NCBI RefSeq assembly: GCF_009914755.1
Contig: NC_060932.1
Reading direction: 5' to 3' (one strand)
Length of the DNA: 64,000 bases
Source of the DNA: the human T2T-CHM13v2.0 reference genome, Homo sapiens
Both the position numbers and the translations under genes were made by a program. The notes below the pieces were generated by a model. The model was not told the DNA's origin. It made no database searches and worked only from the letters and a program-made list of their open reading frames with translations. Of this stretch, positions 29,190 to 42,774 are shown piece after piece (positions within the stretch are counted from its first letter, which is position 1; each line of letters starts with the position of its first letter).

Positions 29190-30060
29190 TTCTCTTTTGG
29201 TCGACTGTATTGAAGTGCAATTCATGTAAAATAAACTGTACCTAATTTAAAAGTAAGGTTCAATGAATTCTGACACATGTGTTCACTTTAACTTACTCTA
29301 AGACCTTATACATTTTCTCTGGCTTTAAAAATTTTATAGTTTTAGATTTTACATTTGGGTCTATGATCTATTCTGAGTTAATTGTGTTTAGTTTAAGATA
29401 AAGGTTAATATTCATATTTTCCCCATAAGAATCTAGTTGTCTCAGCATCAGTTGTTGAAAATCCTTTCTCTATTCGATTATCTTGGTGTCTTTGTCAAAA
29501 GTCAGTTGACTCTGTACATGTGTCTCTGTTTCTGTTGCGTACTATTGATCTGTAAGTCTATCCTTTCACTAATGCCATATCTTCTTGATTATGTAGCTTT
29601 ACAGTAAGTTTTGAAATCCAGGAGTGTAAAATCAGTTTTATACTTTTTTAAATATATAAAATGATTTGGCTATTTGAGATTCTTTGATTTAGGGTATGAA
29701 TTTTAGAATCAGCTTGTTAATTCCTACACAAAACCATCCTTCTGGGATTTTGATGAGGATTGCATTAGGGCTATAAATCAATTTGTGGAGAGCTTATATC
29801 TTAGTGATTTTGATTCATGAACATTATATATCTCTTAATTTTATTTGGGTCTTCTCTCATCAGCATTTTATAGTGTTTGGCTTATATGTCTCATACGTAT
29901 TTTGTTAAATGTATTCCTAAATATTTTGTATTTTTATGCTTTCATAAATGACTTTTCCTACAAGTTTATTTTTCAAATTTTTATTGGTCATATACAGCAA
30001 TACACTTGATTTTGTATATTGACCTAGCATTTTGCAATCTTGCTAAATTTACTTATTACT
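29190..30060 (-). mobile_element. L1M ORF2 fragment
   Basis: gggattttgatgaggattgcatt...gattttgtatattgac. Confidence 0.75.
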
Positions 30061-30540
30061 TATGTGGTTTGGTTTGTTTGAAATGAATTACAAAGTGTAT
30101 TGGTTGAAACATATCGGTTTATATGTTTGTAATTGAGGTCTAAGGCAAAAAGGAGGCTGTGATGTTCAGGATGAGGGCACCTGAGCACATCTGGAGGCAC
30201 CAGGCAGACTAAGCAGGGGCTGGGAGCAGATGAAGTCAATAAGCTATCTGGGAAAGTCCTCATTCTGAAAAGCCAGCAGATGGGCGAAGTTTAGTTCAAG
30301 AATATGCATTTTTGAAATGCAGATACCAATAAGAGGCAAGATCCTTATCTGCAGTCAAGGTTCTTTTTAATTTGTACTTAAATAATTTTTATATTTGCAT
30401 AAGAATGCCAGGTCATAGTAAAAGGTTCTAAAAGAGCTATTTTACTAAAACCTTTTAAGGTAGATTATCCTTCGTAAGCCACTTGGGATAAAAGGTGACA
30501 GTGAACTAAAAAGACAAACGGGAATTTCATTTTTTCTATA

Positions 30541-30582
30541 CGTGTGTGTGTGTGTGTGTGACAGACACACACACATACATAC
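30541..30582. repeat. (TG)n followed by (CA)n microsatellite
   Basis: gtgtgtgtgtgtgtgtgtgacagacacacacacatacataca. Confidence 0.85.
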
Positions 30583-31199
30583 AGAACTTAACAAAAATTA
30601 AATGAAATTTAATGAAAATGTAAGACATGGCAGGACTAAAAACTCATCAAGTAGCTGTTAAAAATCCCATCCCCCGCTCTCCCTTTCCCTCCCACACTCT
30701 GCAAGCCTCCCTCCCTCACATCCCACAAGTACTTAAAGTCTATTATACTAAAACAATACAAAGAGCTGGATTTTTTGGTTTGTGTTTTGAATAATTAAGT
30801 ATCATGGTTGAAAAACCATAAGGCAGAGCCAGCAGTGACCATGAGAATAAAACATTTTTTTGCTAGATTTTGAATCTCTGCAGGCTATGGAAAAGGGTCA
30901 AACTGACCTCATCTATCACTTATGGGCCAAGCTAGTCCAACTAACATCTGGAATCCACATGTGGCAACACAGGCTGCCTCTTCTTATCTCACTTCCTATC
31001 TTTATAGCAGTGTTGGGAATGTGCATATTTGCACTTTTGGAGAGGGTTCATCGGTGTAAGATTTAAGGCACTTCCACAAACATACAACCTTAGATTTGCT
31101 GGTTCATTTTCCATGTGCTTGGGAAAGAGCTGCTCAGAGAGGACTGTGTAGGGAACCTCCTTGCTCCCTCTTCATGTCCAAGACTATGCCTGGATTTTT

Positions 31200-31550
31200 T
31201 TGTTCGTTCATTAATTTCTTCACTCATTAATTCAACAATTACTTATTGAGAGCCTAGTATGTGCCAAGCATTGTTCTGGATACTGGGGATCGGCAGCAAA
31301 TAAAATAGACAAAAATATCTATCTTCATGGAATTTATATGCTAAGTCATTTGTTCAACCATGTGTTGCACTAGGACTTGGGTCTGATTTGACAGTTTCAT
31401 TGGGGGAGGAGAAAATAATCACATTAGCATACAGCATGATAAGTGCTCATACAAAGGTAAGCACATGGTACCATGCAGTGAGTGAACCTATCCTGGGGAA
31501 CCAGGGAGAGCTCCCAGTGGCGATGTGAGACTTGAGTAGGAATTACTTAG
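31200..31550 (-). mobile_element. L2 3' end (continues at ~32290-32430 and ~35215-35420)
   Basis: ttcaacaattacttattgagagcctagtatgtgccaagcattgttctgg. Confidence 0.7.
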
Positions 31551-31551
31551 A

Positions 31552-32283
31552 TGTCATAGTCCATTTAGCATTGATATAACAGAATGCCTGAGGCTGGTAA
31601 TTTATAAAGAAGATAGGTTTATTTAGCTCATGTTTCTGCAGGCTGGGAAGTTCAAGATTGGGCAGCTGCATCTGGTCTTCCATGCTGCCATGCTGCTTCC
31701 ACTTATAGCAGAAAATGGAGGCAGAGTGGGTTGTGCAAGAAATCACATGGTGAGAGAAGAAGAGAGAGCAAAATGAAGGAAGCCAGAACACTTTTTTTTT
31801 TTCTCAGAGACAAGGTCTTGCTCTGAACTCAGGCTAGAGTATGGTGGCACAATAATACCTCTTACTGCAGCCTCCAACTCCTGAGCTCAAGGGAGCCTCC
31901 TGCCTCAGCCTCCACAGTAGCTAGGACTACAGGTGCACTGTCACTGTTCCTGGAAAATACATACATATATATAGTGTGTGTGTAGATTGGGGTCTTGCTT
32001 TGTTGCCTATGCTGGTCTCAGACTCCTGGTCTCAGGCAATCATCCCACCTCAGCCTCCCAAAGTGCTGGGATTACAGGCCTGACTCTTTTTAACAACTGG
32101 CTCTCATAGGAACTAATTTATTCCTGTGAGAGTGAGAACTCACTTACTGCTGAGGTATCACGAGGAATCTGCCACAAGAACCCAAACATCTCCTACTAGG
32201 CCCTGCCTCCTAAAACCACCACACTGGGTATCAAGTTTCAACATGAGTTTTTCTGGGGACAAACCATATTCAAACCACAGCAC
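31552..32283 (-). mobile_element. MST (MSTC/D) LTR with an AluJ at 31792-32079
   Basis: tgtcatagtccattt...gctgggaagttcaagat...caaaccatattcaaaccacagca. Confidence 0.75.
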
Positions 32284-32430
32284 TAGGTGAGAAACTGGGG
32301 CAGGCATTCCTGGCAGAGGAACAGTAGTATATGTAGTGGCCTGGGGGAGCTACCCTCCAGTGTGGGATGGAAGGGGAGGAGTGGAGGCAGATGAGGCTGG
32401 AACTGTAAGCAAAGTTTCATTATTGAAGGC

Positions 32431-34715
32431 TGATATGGTTTGGTTGTGTCCCCATTCAAATCTCAACTTGAATTGTATCTCCTAGAATTCCCACATGTTG
32501 TGGGAGGGACCCAGGGGGAGGTAATGGAATCATGGGGGCTGGTCTTTCCTGTGCTAGTCTCATGATAGTGAATAAGTCTCACGAGATCTGATGGGTTTAT
32601 CAGGAGTTTCTGCTTTTGCTTCTTCCTCATTTTCTCTTGCTGCCTTAATGTAAGAAGTGCCTTTTGCTTCCCACCATGATGCTGAGATGTCCCCAGCTGT
32701 GTGGAACTGTAAGTCCACTTGAACCTCTTTTTCTTCCCTGTCTCAGATATGTCTTTATTAGCAACATGAAAACAGACTAATACAGTAAATTGGTACCAGG
32801 AGTGGGGTGTGGATGAAAAGATAACCGAAAATGTGGAAGCAACTTTGGAACTGGGTAACAGGCAGAGGCTGGAACAGTTTCGAGAACTCAGAAGAAGACA
32901 GGAAAATGTGGGAAAGTTTGGAACTTCCTAGAGTCTTGTTGAATGGCTTTGCCCAAAATGCTGATAGCAATTTGGACAATAAAATCCAGGTTGAGGTGAT
33001 CTCAGATGGAGATGAAGAACCTGTTGGAAACTGGGGCAAAGGCGACTCTTGTTATGTTTTAGGAAAGAGATTGGTGGCATTTTGTCTCTGTCCTAGAGAT
33101 TTGTGGAACTTTGAACTTGAGAGAGATGATTTAGGGTATATGGTGGAAGAAATTTCTAAGCAGAAAAGCATTCAAAAGGTGACTTGGGAACTGTTAAAAG
33201 CATTCCATTTTAAAAGGGAAACAGAGAATAAAAATTCAGAAAATTTGCCGCCTGATAATGGAGTAGAGAAGAAACACCCATTTTTTTGAGGAGCAATTCA
33301 AGCTAGCTGTAGAAATTTGCGTAAGTAGCAAGGAGCCTATTGTTAATCCTCAAGACCATGGGGAAAATGTCTCCCAGCCATGTCAGAGACCTTCATGGCA
33401 GCCACCCCCATCACAGGCCTGGAAGCCCAGGAGGAAAAAGTGGTTTCATGGGCTAGGCCCAGGGTCCCTGTGCTGTGTGCAGCTTAGGGATTTGGTGACC
33501 TGTGTCCCAGCTGCTCCAGCCATGGCTGAAAGGGGCCAACGTACAGCTCGGGCTGTGGCTTCAGAGGGTGGAAGCCCCAAGCCTTGGTAGCTTCCACATG
33601 GTGTTGAGCCTGTGGGTACACAGAAGTCAAGAATTGAGGTTTGGGAACCTCTGCCTAGATTTCAGAAGATGTATGGAAATGCCTGGATGCCCAGGAAAAA
33701 GTTTGCTGCAGGGGTGGGGCCCTCATGGACAACCTCTGCTAGGGCAGTGTGGAAGGGAAATGTGGGGTTAGAGACCTCACACAGTGTCCCTACTGGGGCC
33801 TTGCTAGTGGAACTGTGAGAAGAGGGCCACCATCCTCCAGACCCTAGAATGGTGGATCCACTGACAGCTTTCACTGTGTGCCTGGAAAAGCCACAGATAC
33901 TCAATGCCAGCCTGTGAAAGCAGCCAGGAGAGAGGCTGTACCTGCAAAGCCACAGGGATGGAGCTGCCCAAGACCATGGGAACCCACCTCTTGCATCAGC
34001 ATGACCTGGATGTGAGAACTTGGAGTCAAAGGAGGTCATTTTGGAGCTTTAAGATGTGATTGCCCTGCTGGATTTCAGACTTGCATGAGCCCTCTAACAC
34101 CTTTATTTTGCCCAATTTCTCCCATTTGGAATGCCTATATTTACACAGTGCCTGTACCCCCATTGTTTCTAGGAAGTAACTAACTTGCTTTTGATTTTAC
34201 ATGTTCATAGGTGGAAGGGATTTGCCTTATCTCAGATGAGACTTTGGACTGTGGACTTTTGAGTTAATGCTGAAATGAGCTAAGACTTTGGGGGACTGTT
34301 GTGAAGGCGTGGTTGGTTTTGAAATGTGAGGACATGAGATTTGGAGGGGTCAGGAGTGGAATGATATGGTTTGGCTGTGTCTCCATTCAAATCTCAACTT
34401 GAATTGTATCTCCCAAAATTCCCACGTGTTGTGGGAGGGACCCAGGGGGAGGGTAATTGAATCATGGGGGCTGGTCTTTCCTGTGCTGTTCTCAAGATAG
34501 TGAATAAGTCTCACAAGATCTGATGGGTTTATCAGGGGTTTCTGCTTTTCCTTCTTCCTCATTTTCTCTTGCTGCCACCATGTGTAAGTGCCTTTCACCT
34601 CCTGCCATGATTCTGAGGCCTCCCCAGCCATGTGGAACTGTAAGTCCAAGTAAACTTCTTTTTCTTCTCAGTCTCAGGTATGTCTTTATCAGTAGTGTGA
34701 AAATGGACTAATACA
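32431..34715 (+). mobile_element. Full-length THE1A element (LTR 32431-32784, internal 32785-34361, LTR 34362-34715)
   Basis: Two TGATATGG...CTAATACA LTRs flank MaLR internal sequence (ORF 32831-33289 MWKQLWNWVTGRGWNS...); perfect TSD AAGGC. Confidence 0.93.
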
Positions 34716-34734
34716 AAGGCCTCGTGTGTGATGA

Positions 34735-35214
34735 TGTAACAGCTTCCTATTGCTGCTGTAACAACTTGGCTGAACACAAATTTATCATCTTATAGTTCTG
34801 AAGGTCAAAAATCCAAAACAGCTATCACTAGGCTAAAATCAGTGTCAACAAGGCTGCATTCCTTTCTTCAACATCTAGGGGAGACTCCATTTCCTTGCTT
34901 TTTCCATCTTCTAGAGGCCACCTACATTCTGGGCTTGTCACCCCTTCCTCCATCTGCAAAGCAGCACCATAATGTCTTTAAATTTCCCTCTGACTTGTGC
35001 TTCTGTTTTCTACCTTTAAGAAAAGTAGAAATGTGATTAAATTGAGTCCACCTGGATAATCCTGAATCACATCCTCATCTCAAGGTCAGCTGATTAGCAA
35101 TTTTAATTTCATCTGCAATCTTCATTCTCTCTTTACATCCAAGATTATATATAGTCACAGGTTCTGGGGATTAGGATGTGGACATCTTTGGGGGGCAATT
35201 ATTCTGCCTATTAC
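34735..35214 (-). mobile_element. MLT1C/D LTR
   Basis: cctattgctgctgtaacaa...ggattaggatgtggacatctttgggg...ttctgcctattaca. Confidence 0.75.
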
Positions 35215-36038
35215 AGAAGGGCAGCTAATACTGAATGTAAGCAGAGGAGCAATATGATCAGATTTGCATTTAGAGTAATTGCTGTTATGGTTGTGTGGAG
35301 ATTGGGCTGGTGGTGGGTTGGGTAGGCTAGGGCAGAATGGAGCTGGGGGTATCTTACAGAGATTTTAAGTGAAAAGCCCAGTTAAGAGACTGTTTCAGCA
35401 ATTAAGTGAAAAATGACATGTGTCTGTATGCATATACTTTAGGTAACTTAACCCTAGGGTTCTTAGAAAAGTTTAATCTAATTAAGTTTGAGACATACCT
35501 CATAGTGTGGAGAAAAAGAAATTGTTTTTAAATCCTAAAGTCATGATTAACTTTGGAACAAAGGTTAACTCTTCATATACAGTTTCCTTACTTTTCCCAA
35601 GAAGAAATGTTTTCTTAGTTTGTAAAATAAGGATGTTGGACTAGATTGCCTCTAAAGTTTTCTCCTTACTAACATCTCTGATTCTATGAACAGAAGAGGA
35701 GAATTGTTTCCATCTTACCTAGATTGTGGCTTGGAGATAAATTCACAAATAATGAAAAAGACCTTTGCAAACATAAAAACAGAGCTACTGCTAAAGCCAA
35801 GTGCTTTCATTTACTGAACTACAAAAGACTAAAGAAAAATGGATGGATATGTGAAATACAAACAATTCTGTGAATCCCAAGAGCTGGAGACTCCATGAAA
35901 TTCTCAGAGTGTTTTCACAGGAAATATAGCAGGCTTTAGCTTCACTTCTTTTTACCCTCGTGGATGGGAAGAATGGACGGAGAGGTGGATTCTTACCATG
36001 TCTATCAGGACTTTTGGTGGCATGCAGCAGAAACTGAC

Positions 36039-36403
36039 TGATATGGTTTGGCTCTGTGTCCCCACCCAAATCTCATCTTGTAGCTCCCATAATTCCCATG
36101 TGTTGTGGGAGGGACCCAGTGGGAGATGATTGAATCATGGGGCCAGGTCTTTCCCGTGCTGTTCTCATGATAGCGAATGAGTCTCATGAGGTCTGATAGT
36201 TTTAGAAAGGGGAATTTTCCTGCACAAGCCCTCTCTGCCTGCTGCCATCCACATAAGATGTGACTTGATCCTCCATGCCTTCTACCATGATTGTGAGGCT
36301 GCCCCAGCCATGTGGAACTGAAAGTCCAATTAAACCTCTTTCTTTTGTAAATTGACCAGTTTGGGGTATGTCTTTATCAGCAGCGTGAAAACAGACTAAT
36401 ACA
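36039..36403 (+). mobile_element. THE1C-like solo LTR inside an older MLT1 LTR (~36000-36825)
   Basis: TGATATGG...CTAATACA with perfect TSD CTGAC. Confidence 0.9.
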
Positions 36404-38029
36404 CTGACTCTGCCTTGGGAGGGTCTTGAGGCTGCTGATGGTCTGGGAGGCTGTGTGGACAGGGAGGACTGTCTGGAAGCAAAGAAGCACAGAGCCTCAG
36501 AGCTAACTGCATGGACAAGGGGTGCTGCAGAAACATCCAGGACATTGTTTAGCCCCAGCATCTGCAGAGAATCTGGGATCACGTTGTTTCCTCCATTTTT
36601 GTGTAACCAGCTGGAGAGTCAAAGCCCCCAGAGCAAACATCTGATTGGTACATGTCCACCTCATTAGCTAGAGAGGAAGCATCCATCCACCTCAGCTTTG
36701 CCTCCTATCTGGCTCACTATTCACAATACGAAATCTCCTACAAGGGAGAACAGATTTGAAAAAGTGTGTGGATGTGGGAGTGGGATGGTTGGTTGCCAGA
36801 TGGCCAGAAAATAACAAACGTCTTCCTATTTTTGTTTTTCTCCCTGGTCCTTTGGCCTCCTCTTGGCTATCTTTTCATTTGTTAACTTACTATAAGGGAG
36901 ATATGTCACATCCATCTAGACTGGTGATTAAAGTAGGATCTTAATTACCAGGATGAGTCAGGGAATGAGATTTAAAGAGTCACTTTGATTCTTTTGAGAT
37001 TGCCATTCTGATATCACATCACACTGTAAATGGTAACCCCCACCCCAAGGCAGATTAGGTGGAATTTTTCCAGCCAATTTCTAACTGGTCTTTGTGTTGC
37101 AGACATAGCTTATGACTGCTTCTCAGCCAAGGTTGTGCAGGCAGATGGACAGGGGGTGGCTAATAGCCCATAGAGATGATTGCTTTGGGAGATGGATGCA
37201 TTTGTGACAGTGATGTTTGACCACACAGCCCATGACGCTTAGCTGGTTCAGTACTGTCCTTGCTATGTAGTAATTCTCCTAGTCAGTGCTCAATGGCAGA
37301 GATTAGCTAAATTGACTGCTTTGTTCTCTGGAAGGGTCTGTTTACTGTTAATAGGACCAGAGATAGAAAAGGATATTAATTAGTGCTAAATTCCCCCATC
37401 ATATTGATCCAGAGTGAGAAAACAGATGAAATCCAGCCACTTGGGAAGAAAATGTCTGGATTTTAAGGGGTCACCCTGTGTGTGTCTCTCTGTTTGGCAG
37501 AGAGACTGGAACAAGCACAGGCTTGCCAGGAGGAGAGGAGCCAGGGGGCCAGAGTGGAGAGCTCCAGTTCTATGGTTGTCCCTAAGATGCTGGTTGCACA
37601 GAAGCAGATAGAACAACCACTTTTTCCGAATTATTGTAATGTGTGTTTGTTTGTTTGTTTGTTTTGACCGAGCAATGGCTTCGGATGAATTGTTGTAATG
37701 CTGCAGAAATACCCAAAGCCAAGGATTTGGGGGTAAAAAGCAGCAGCAGCATTTAGTAAGTGGAATTTATACAATAACTCTCTCATCATTGTCTTATGAT
37801 AGATGAAGATTCCTTGAAGCCTGAAGTGGGGAGGCAGAATATCTGAAATGAAAAGCAGCTTCCTCTGTTTCCCATTGGACATCTTATTGTGCCAAGAAAG
37901 ACAAAGGATGAGCATTCACAAAATGGTCACTCATGAAGCGTGGTGTTGCCAGCAAGCCAAATATGAGACATGTCTGTGCCTTTTTAGCCATTTATGGGTA
38001 GCAGCTGTTCAGGAGAGAAGGGTTGGAGG

Positions 38030-38556
38030 CTGTGTTCACTTTTGGCCACATTGCCTTCAGATCCATTCTGAAACCTTTCCCTGCTCTGCTATGGGTGGCA
38101 AATTGGGGGTGAGGAGGGAGCCTGCATTTCCAGGTGCCATTGTTTGCTGTCTTCTGATGGGCTTGGGACCATGGGAGACACTGGCAGAGACTGGAGGCCA
38201 GGAGGGCGGCAGGAGCTAGTGTTTCTCTCTGTCTCTCCAGGCTTTGGGCCTCATACTTTGCTACTGCTGTGACTCTTCTGTGGTGGCTCAAGTGTCCCTC
38301 TGCCCCCAACATTCCTGCCAGGGTTCTAGCTTCCACCAGGTGCCCAGTCTCTGGGCTCTGGTAATTCCATCTCTCCCCTTTTTCTTTCTAACCTGAAGAC
38401 AGTAGTGCCTTCTCCAGTGTGGATAATCACCGAAGCACCTCGCTATCCCATCTAGCTTCTCAGCAAATTCCATCACCTGGGTAACCAAGTCCCTGCATTA
38501 AACTCTACTTTTAAAAATACTGAGATGATATTCCAAATTAGACCATGACTAATACA
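38030..38556 (+). mobile_element. LTR33-like ERVL LTR
   Basis: ccatgggagacactggcagagactggagg...gtaaccaagtccctgcattaaa...gactaataca. Confidence 0.6.
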
Positions 38557-38869
38557 GGCAGAGAGGTGTCTTTCTAACAAGAAACATTCCAGAAACTATA
38601 CAGGACCCAACCTGTCCACCCCCGACCATGGTTTGAAACAACAATCAGCTTCCTCCTTTATCGCTCCTGGGCTCCTCCGCTACAGACACTTGCATCTTTC
38701 TGTAGCCTGACACATCTTCAATTTCAGGTTTCTCATTCCATCTGAATTCTGAGCATCTCTCTGCCATCCTCGTGCCTGTCCTCAGAAGCAGCACTGTGTT
38801 GAGTAACAGCACTGGCTTTGGCATTGGGCAGACTTGTTTCAAATCTCAGTTAATATCTCCAAGCTCCAA

Positions 38870-39489
<620 letters not shown>

Positions 39490-39914
39490 TAAGAAGAGAT
39501 AATAAAATTGCTGTAGCCATTTTTCCTTTTTGTTTGTTAAAGGTTAGAGATAATATGTACAATGCTTGGCATACAGTAGGAGTTTAATACAGGTGAACTG
39601 TGATTATTATTAGCTATGAGTGCTCAATTTCCTTTCTGTTTCCTTTACCAGCACTTTGAAATTTTCATTGCTCTTCTCTCTCTTCATGGCTTTTACCATG
39701 ATCTTCCATTTTCAATGGATAATCTTATTTTCCCCTTCAAAGAGAACAGTGGTCAGCTGAATATTTCACTTCACTGACTAGTGATCCATCTGTAATAGAA
39801 GCTTTATTAACTGATAGAATAATTTTCACAAATTGAAAAAGTTGGTTAAAATAAACAATCATTAAAAATAATTCATAGTGCATTAAATGTATTATCTTAA
39901 AACATAAAGAATGT

Positions 39915-42054
39915 GATTCCTGGGCAAGATGGCTGAGTAGGAATAGGTCTGGTCTACAGCTCCCAGTGAGACCAACGCAGAAGGTGGGTGATTTCTGCAT
40001 TTCCAACTGAGGTACCTGGTTCCTCTCATTGGGACTGATTAGACAGTGGGTGCAGCCCATGGAGGGTGAGCAAAGGAAGGTGGGGTGTCACCTCACCCAG
40101 GAAGTGCAAGGGGTCAGGGAACTCCCTCCTTTAGCCAAGGGAAGCTGTGAGGGGCTGTGCCGTGAGAGACTGTGCTATCCGGCCCAGATACCACACTTTT
40201 CCCATAGTTTTCACAACCCGTAGACCAGGAGATTCCCTCAGGTGCCTACACCACCAAGGCACTGGGTTTCAAGCACAAAACTGGGCGGCCGTTTGGGCAG
40301 ACACTGAGCTAGCTGTAGGAGTTTCTTTTCATATCCCAGTGGTGCCTGGAAAGCTGGTGAGACAGAACCATTCACTCCCCTTGAAAGGGGGCTGAAGCCA
40401 GGTAGCAAAGTGGTCTAACTCAGTGGACCAATAGAACAGAACAGAGGCCTCAGAAATAACGCCACACATCTACAACCATCTGATCTTTAACAAACCTGAC
40501 AAAAACAAACAATGGAGAAAGGATTCCATATTTAATAAATGGTGCTGGGAAAACTGGCTAGCCATAGGCAGAAAACTGAAATTGGACCCCTTCCTTACAC
40601 CTTATACAAAAATTAACTCAAGATGGATTAAAGACTTAAACATCAGACCTAAAACCATAAAAACCCTAGAAGAAAACCTAGGCAATACCATTCAGGACAT
40701 AGGCATGGGCAAGGACTTCATGTCTAAAACACCAAAAGCAATTGCAACAAAAAAATTGACAAATGGGATCTAATTAAACTAAAGAGCTTCTGCACAGCAA
40801 AAGAAACTACCGTCAGAGTGAACAGGCAACCTACAGAATCGAGGAAATTTTTGCAATCTATCCATCTGACAAAGGGCTAATATCCAGAATACACAAGGAG
40901 CTTAAACAAATCTACAAGAAAAAAAAAAAAAACTCCATTAAAAAGTGGGCAAAGGATATGAACAGACACTTCTCTCTCTTTTTTTTTTTTTTTAGACAGA
41001 GTCTCGCTCTGTCACCCAGGCTGGAGTGCAGTGGTGTGATCTCTGCTCACTGCAAGCTCCGGCTCCCGGGTTCGCGCCACTGCCTCAGCCTCCTGAGTAG
41101 CTGGGACTAACAGGCGCCCACTACCACACCCGGCTAATTTTTTGTATTTTTAGTAGAGACGTGGTTTCACCGTGTTAGCCAGGATGGTCTCGATCTCCTG
41201 ACCTCGTGATCCACCCGCCTCGGCCTCCTAAAGTGCTGGGATTACAGGCATGAGCCACTGTGCAGACACTTCTCAAAAGAAGACATTTATGCAGCCAACA
41301 AACATGAAAAATGCTCATCATCACTGGTCATTAGATAAATGCAAATCAAAACCACAGTGAGATACCACTTCACACCAGTTAGAATGGCAATCATTAAAAA
41401 GTCAGGAAACAATAGATGCTGGAGAGGATGTGGAGAAATAGGAACGCTTTTACACTGTTGGTGGGAGTATAAACTAGTTCAACCATTGTGGAAGACAGTG
41501 TGGCGATTCCTCAAGAATCTAGAACCAGAAATGCCATTTGACCCAGCAATCTCATTACTGGGTATATACCCAAAGGATTATAAATCATTCTACTATAAAG
41601 ACACATGCACATGTATGTTTATTGAAGCACTATTCACAATAGCAAAGACTTGAAACCAACGCAAATGCCCATCAATGATAAACTGGATAAAGAAAATGTG
41701 GCACATATATACCACGGAATACTATGCAGCCACAAAAAAGAATGAGTTCATGTCCTTTGCAGGGACATGGATGAAGCTGGAAACCATCATTCTCAGCAAA
41801 CTAACACAGGATCAGAAAACCAAACACCGCATGTTTTCACTCATAAGTGGGAGTTGAACAATGAGAACACATGGACACAGGAAGGGGAACATCACACACT
41901 GGGGCCTGTCAGGGGGTGGGGGAAAGGGGAGGGAGAGCATTAGGAGAAATACCTGATGTAGGTGACAGATTGATGGGTGCAGCAAACCACCATGGCACAT
42001 GTATACCTATGTAACAAACCTGCACGTTCTGCACATGTATCCCAGAACTTAAAG

Positions 42055-42089
<35 letters not shown>
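39915..42089 (+). mobile_element. L1PA7/8 with large internal deletion (5' UTR fused to late ORF2)
   Basis: 5' UTR 39915-40426 (caagatggctga YY1-type start), then ORF2 from accaatagaacagaacagag to the 3' UTR and (TAA)n tail; TSD aaagaatgt. Confidence 0.9.
40975..41262 (-). mobile_element. AluY inside the L1
   Basis: gcaagctcc and ttagccaggatggtctcgatctcc diagnostics; TSD cagacacttctc. Confidence 0.92.
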
Positions 42090-42092
<3 letters not shown>

Positions 42093-42134
42093 GAATGTAC
42101 AGTCAGTTGACATTCTTTTGCTATATAGAACCAC

Positions 42135-42453
<319 letters not shown>

Positions 42454-42774
42454 TAGCTGATTGGGTTCCCGTTGTGATATTCCCACAAATCACACATAAC
42501 TCATTGTCCATGAGTCTAGCTTGGGATTCTTGAAAGTGGAGGAAAAACTGAAAAGTACTTTTTGAAGAAATATGATTGCAGAACACCCTCTATAATGTGT
42601 TGTAGTTGTCCCACCCACACCTACACTAATGACATTTTTAGTGAGCCACACTTGATAGACTTTATAAAGCAATTTTGTTTTTAAGAAAAGGCAACTCTTT
42701 TCATACATGCATTCTATTGTTTTATATAATATTTAATTAAAATTTGTAATTCCGATAAGAAATGCATAGGCATA

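Noticed and set aside
34619-34631. PRDM9 hotspot motif position in the THE1 LTR
   Set aside because: Reads CCTCCCCAGCCAT, which misses CCNCCNTNNCCNC at positions 7 and 13; the other THE1 LTRs match worse
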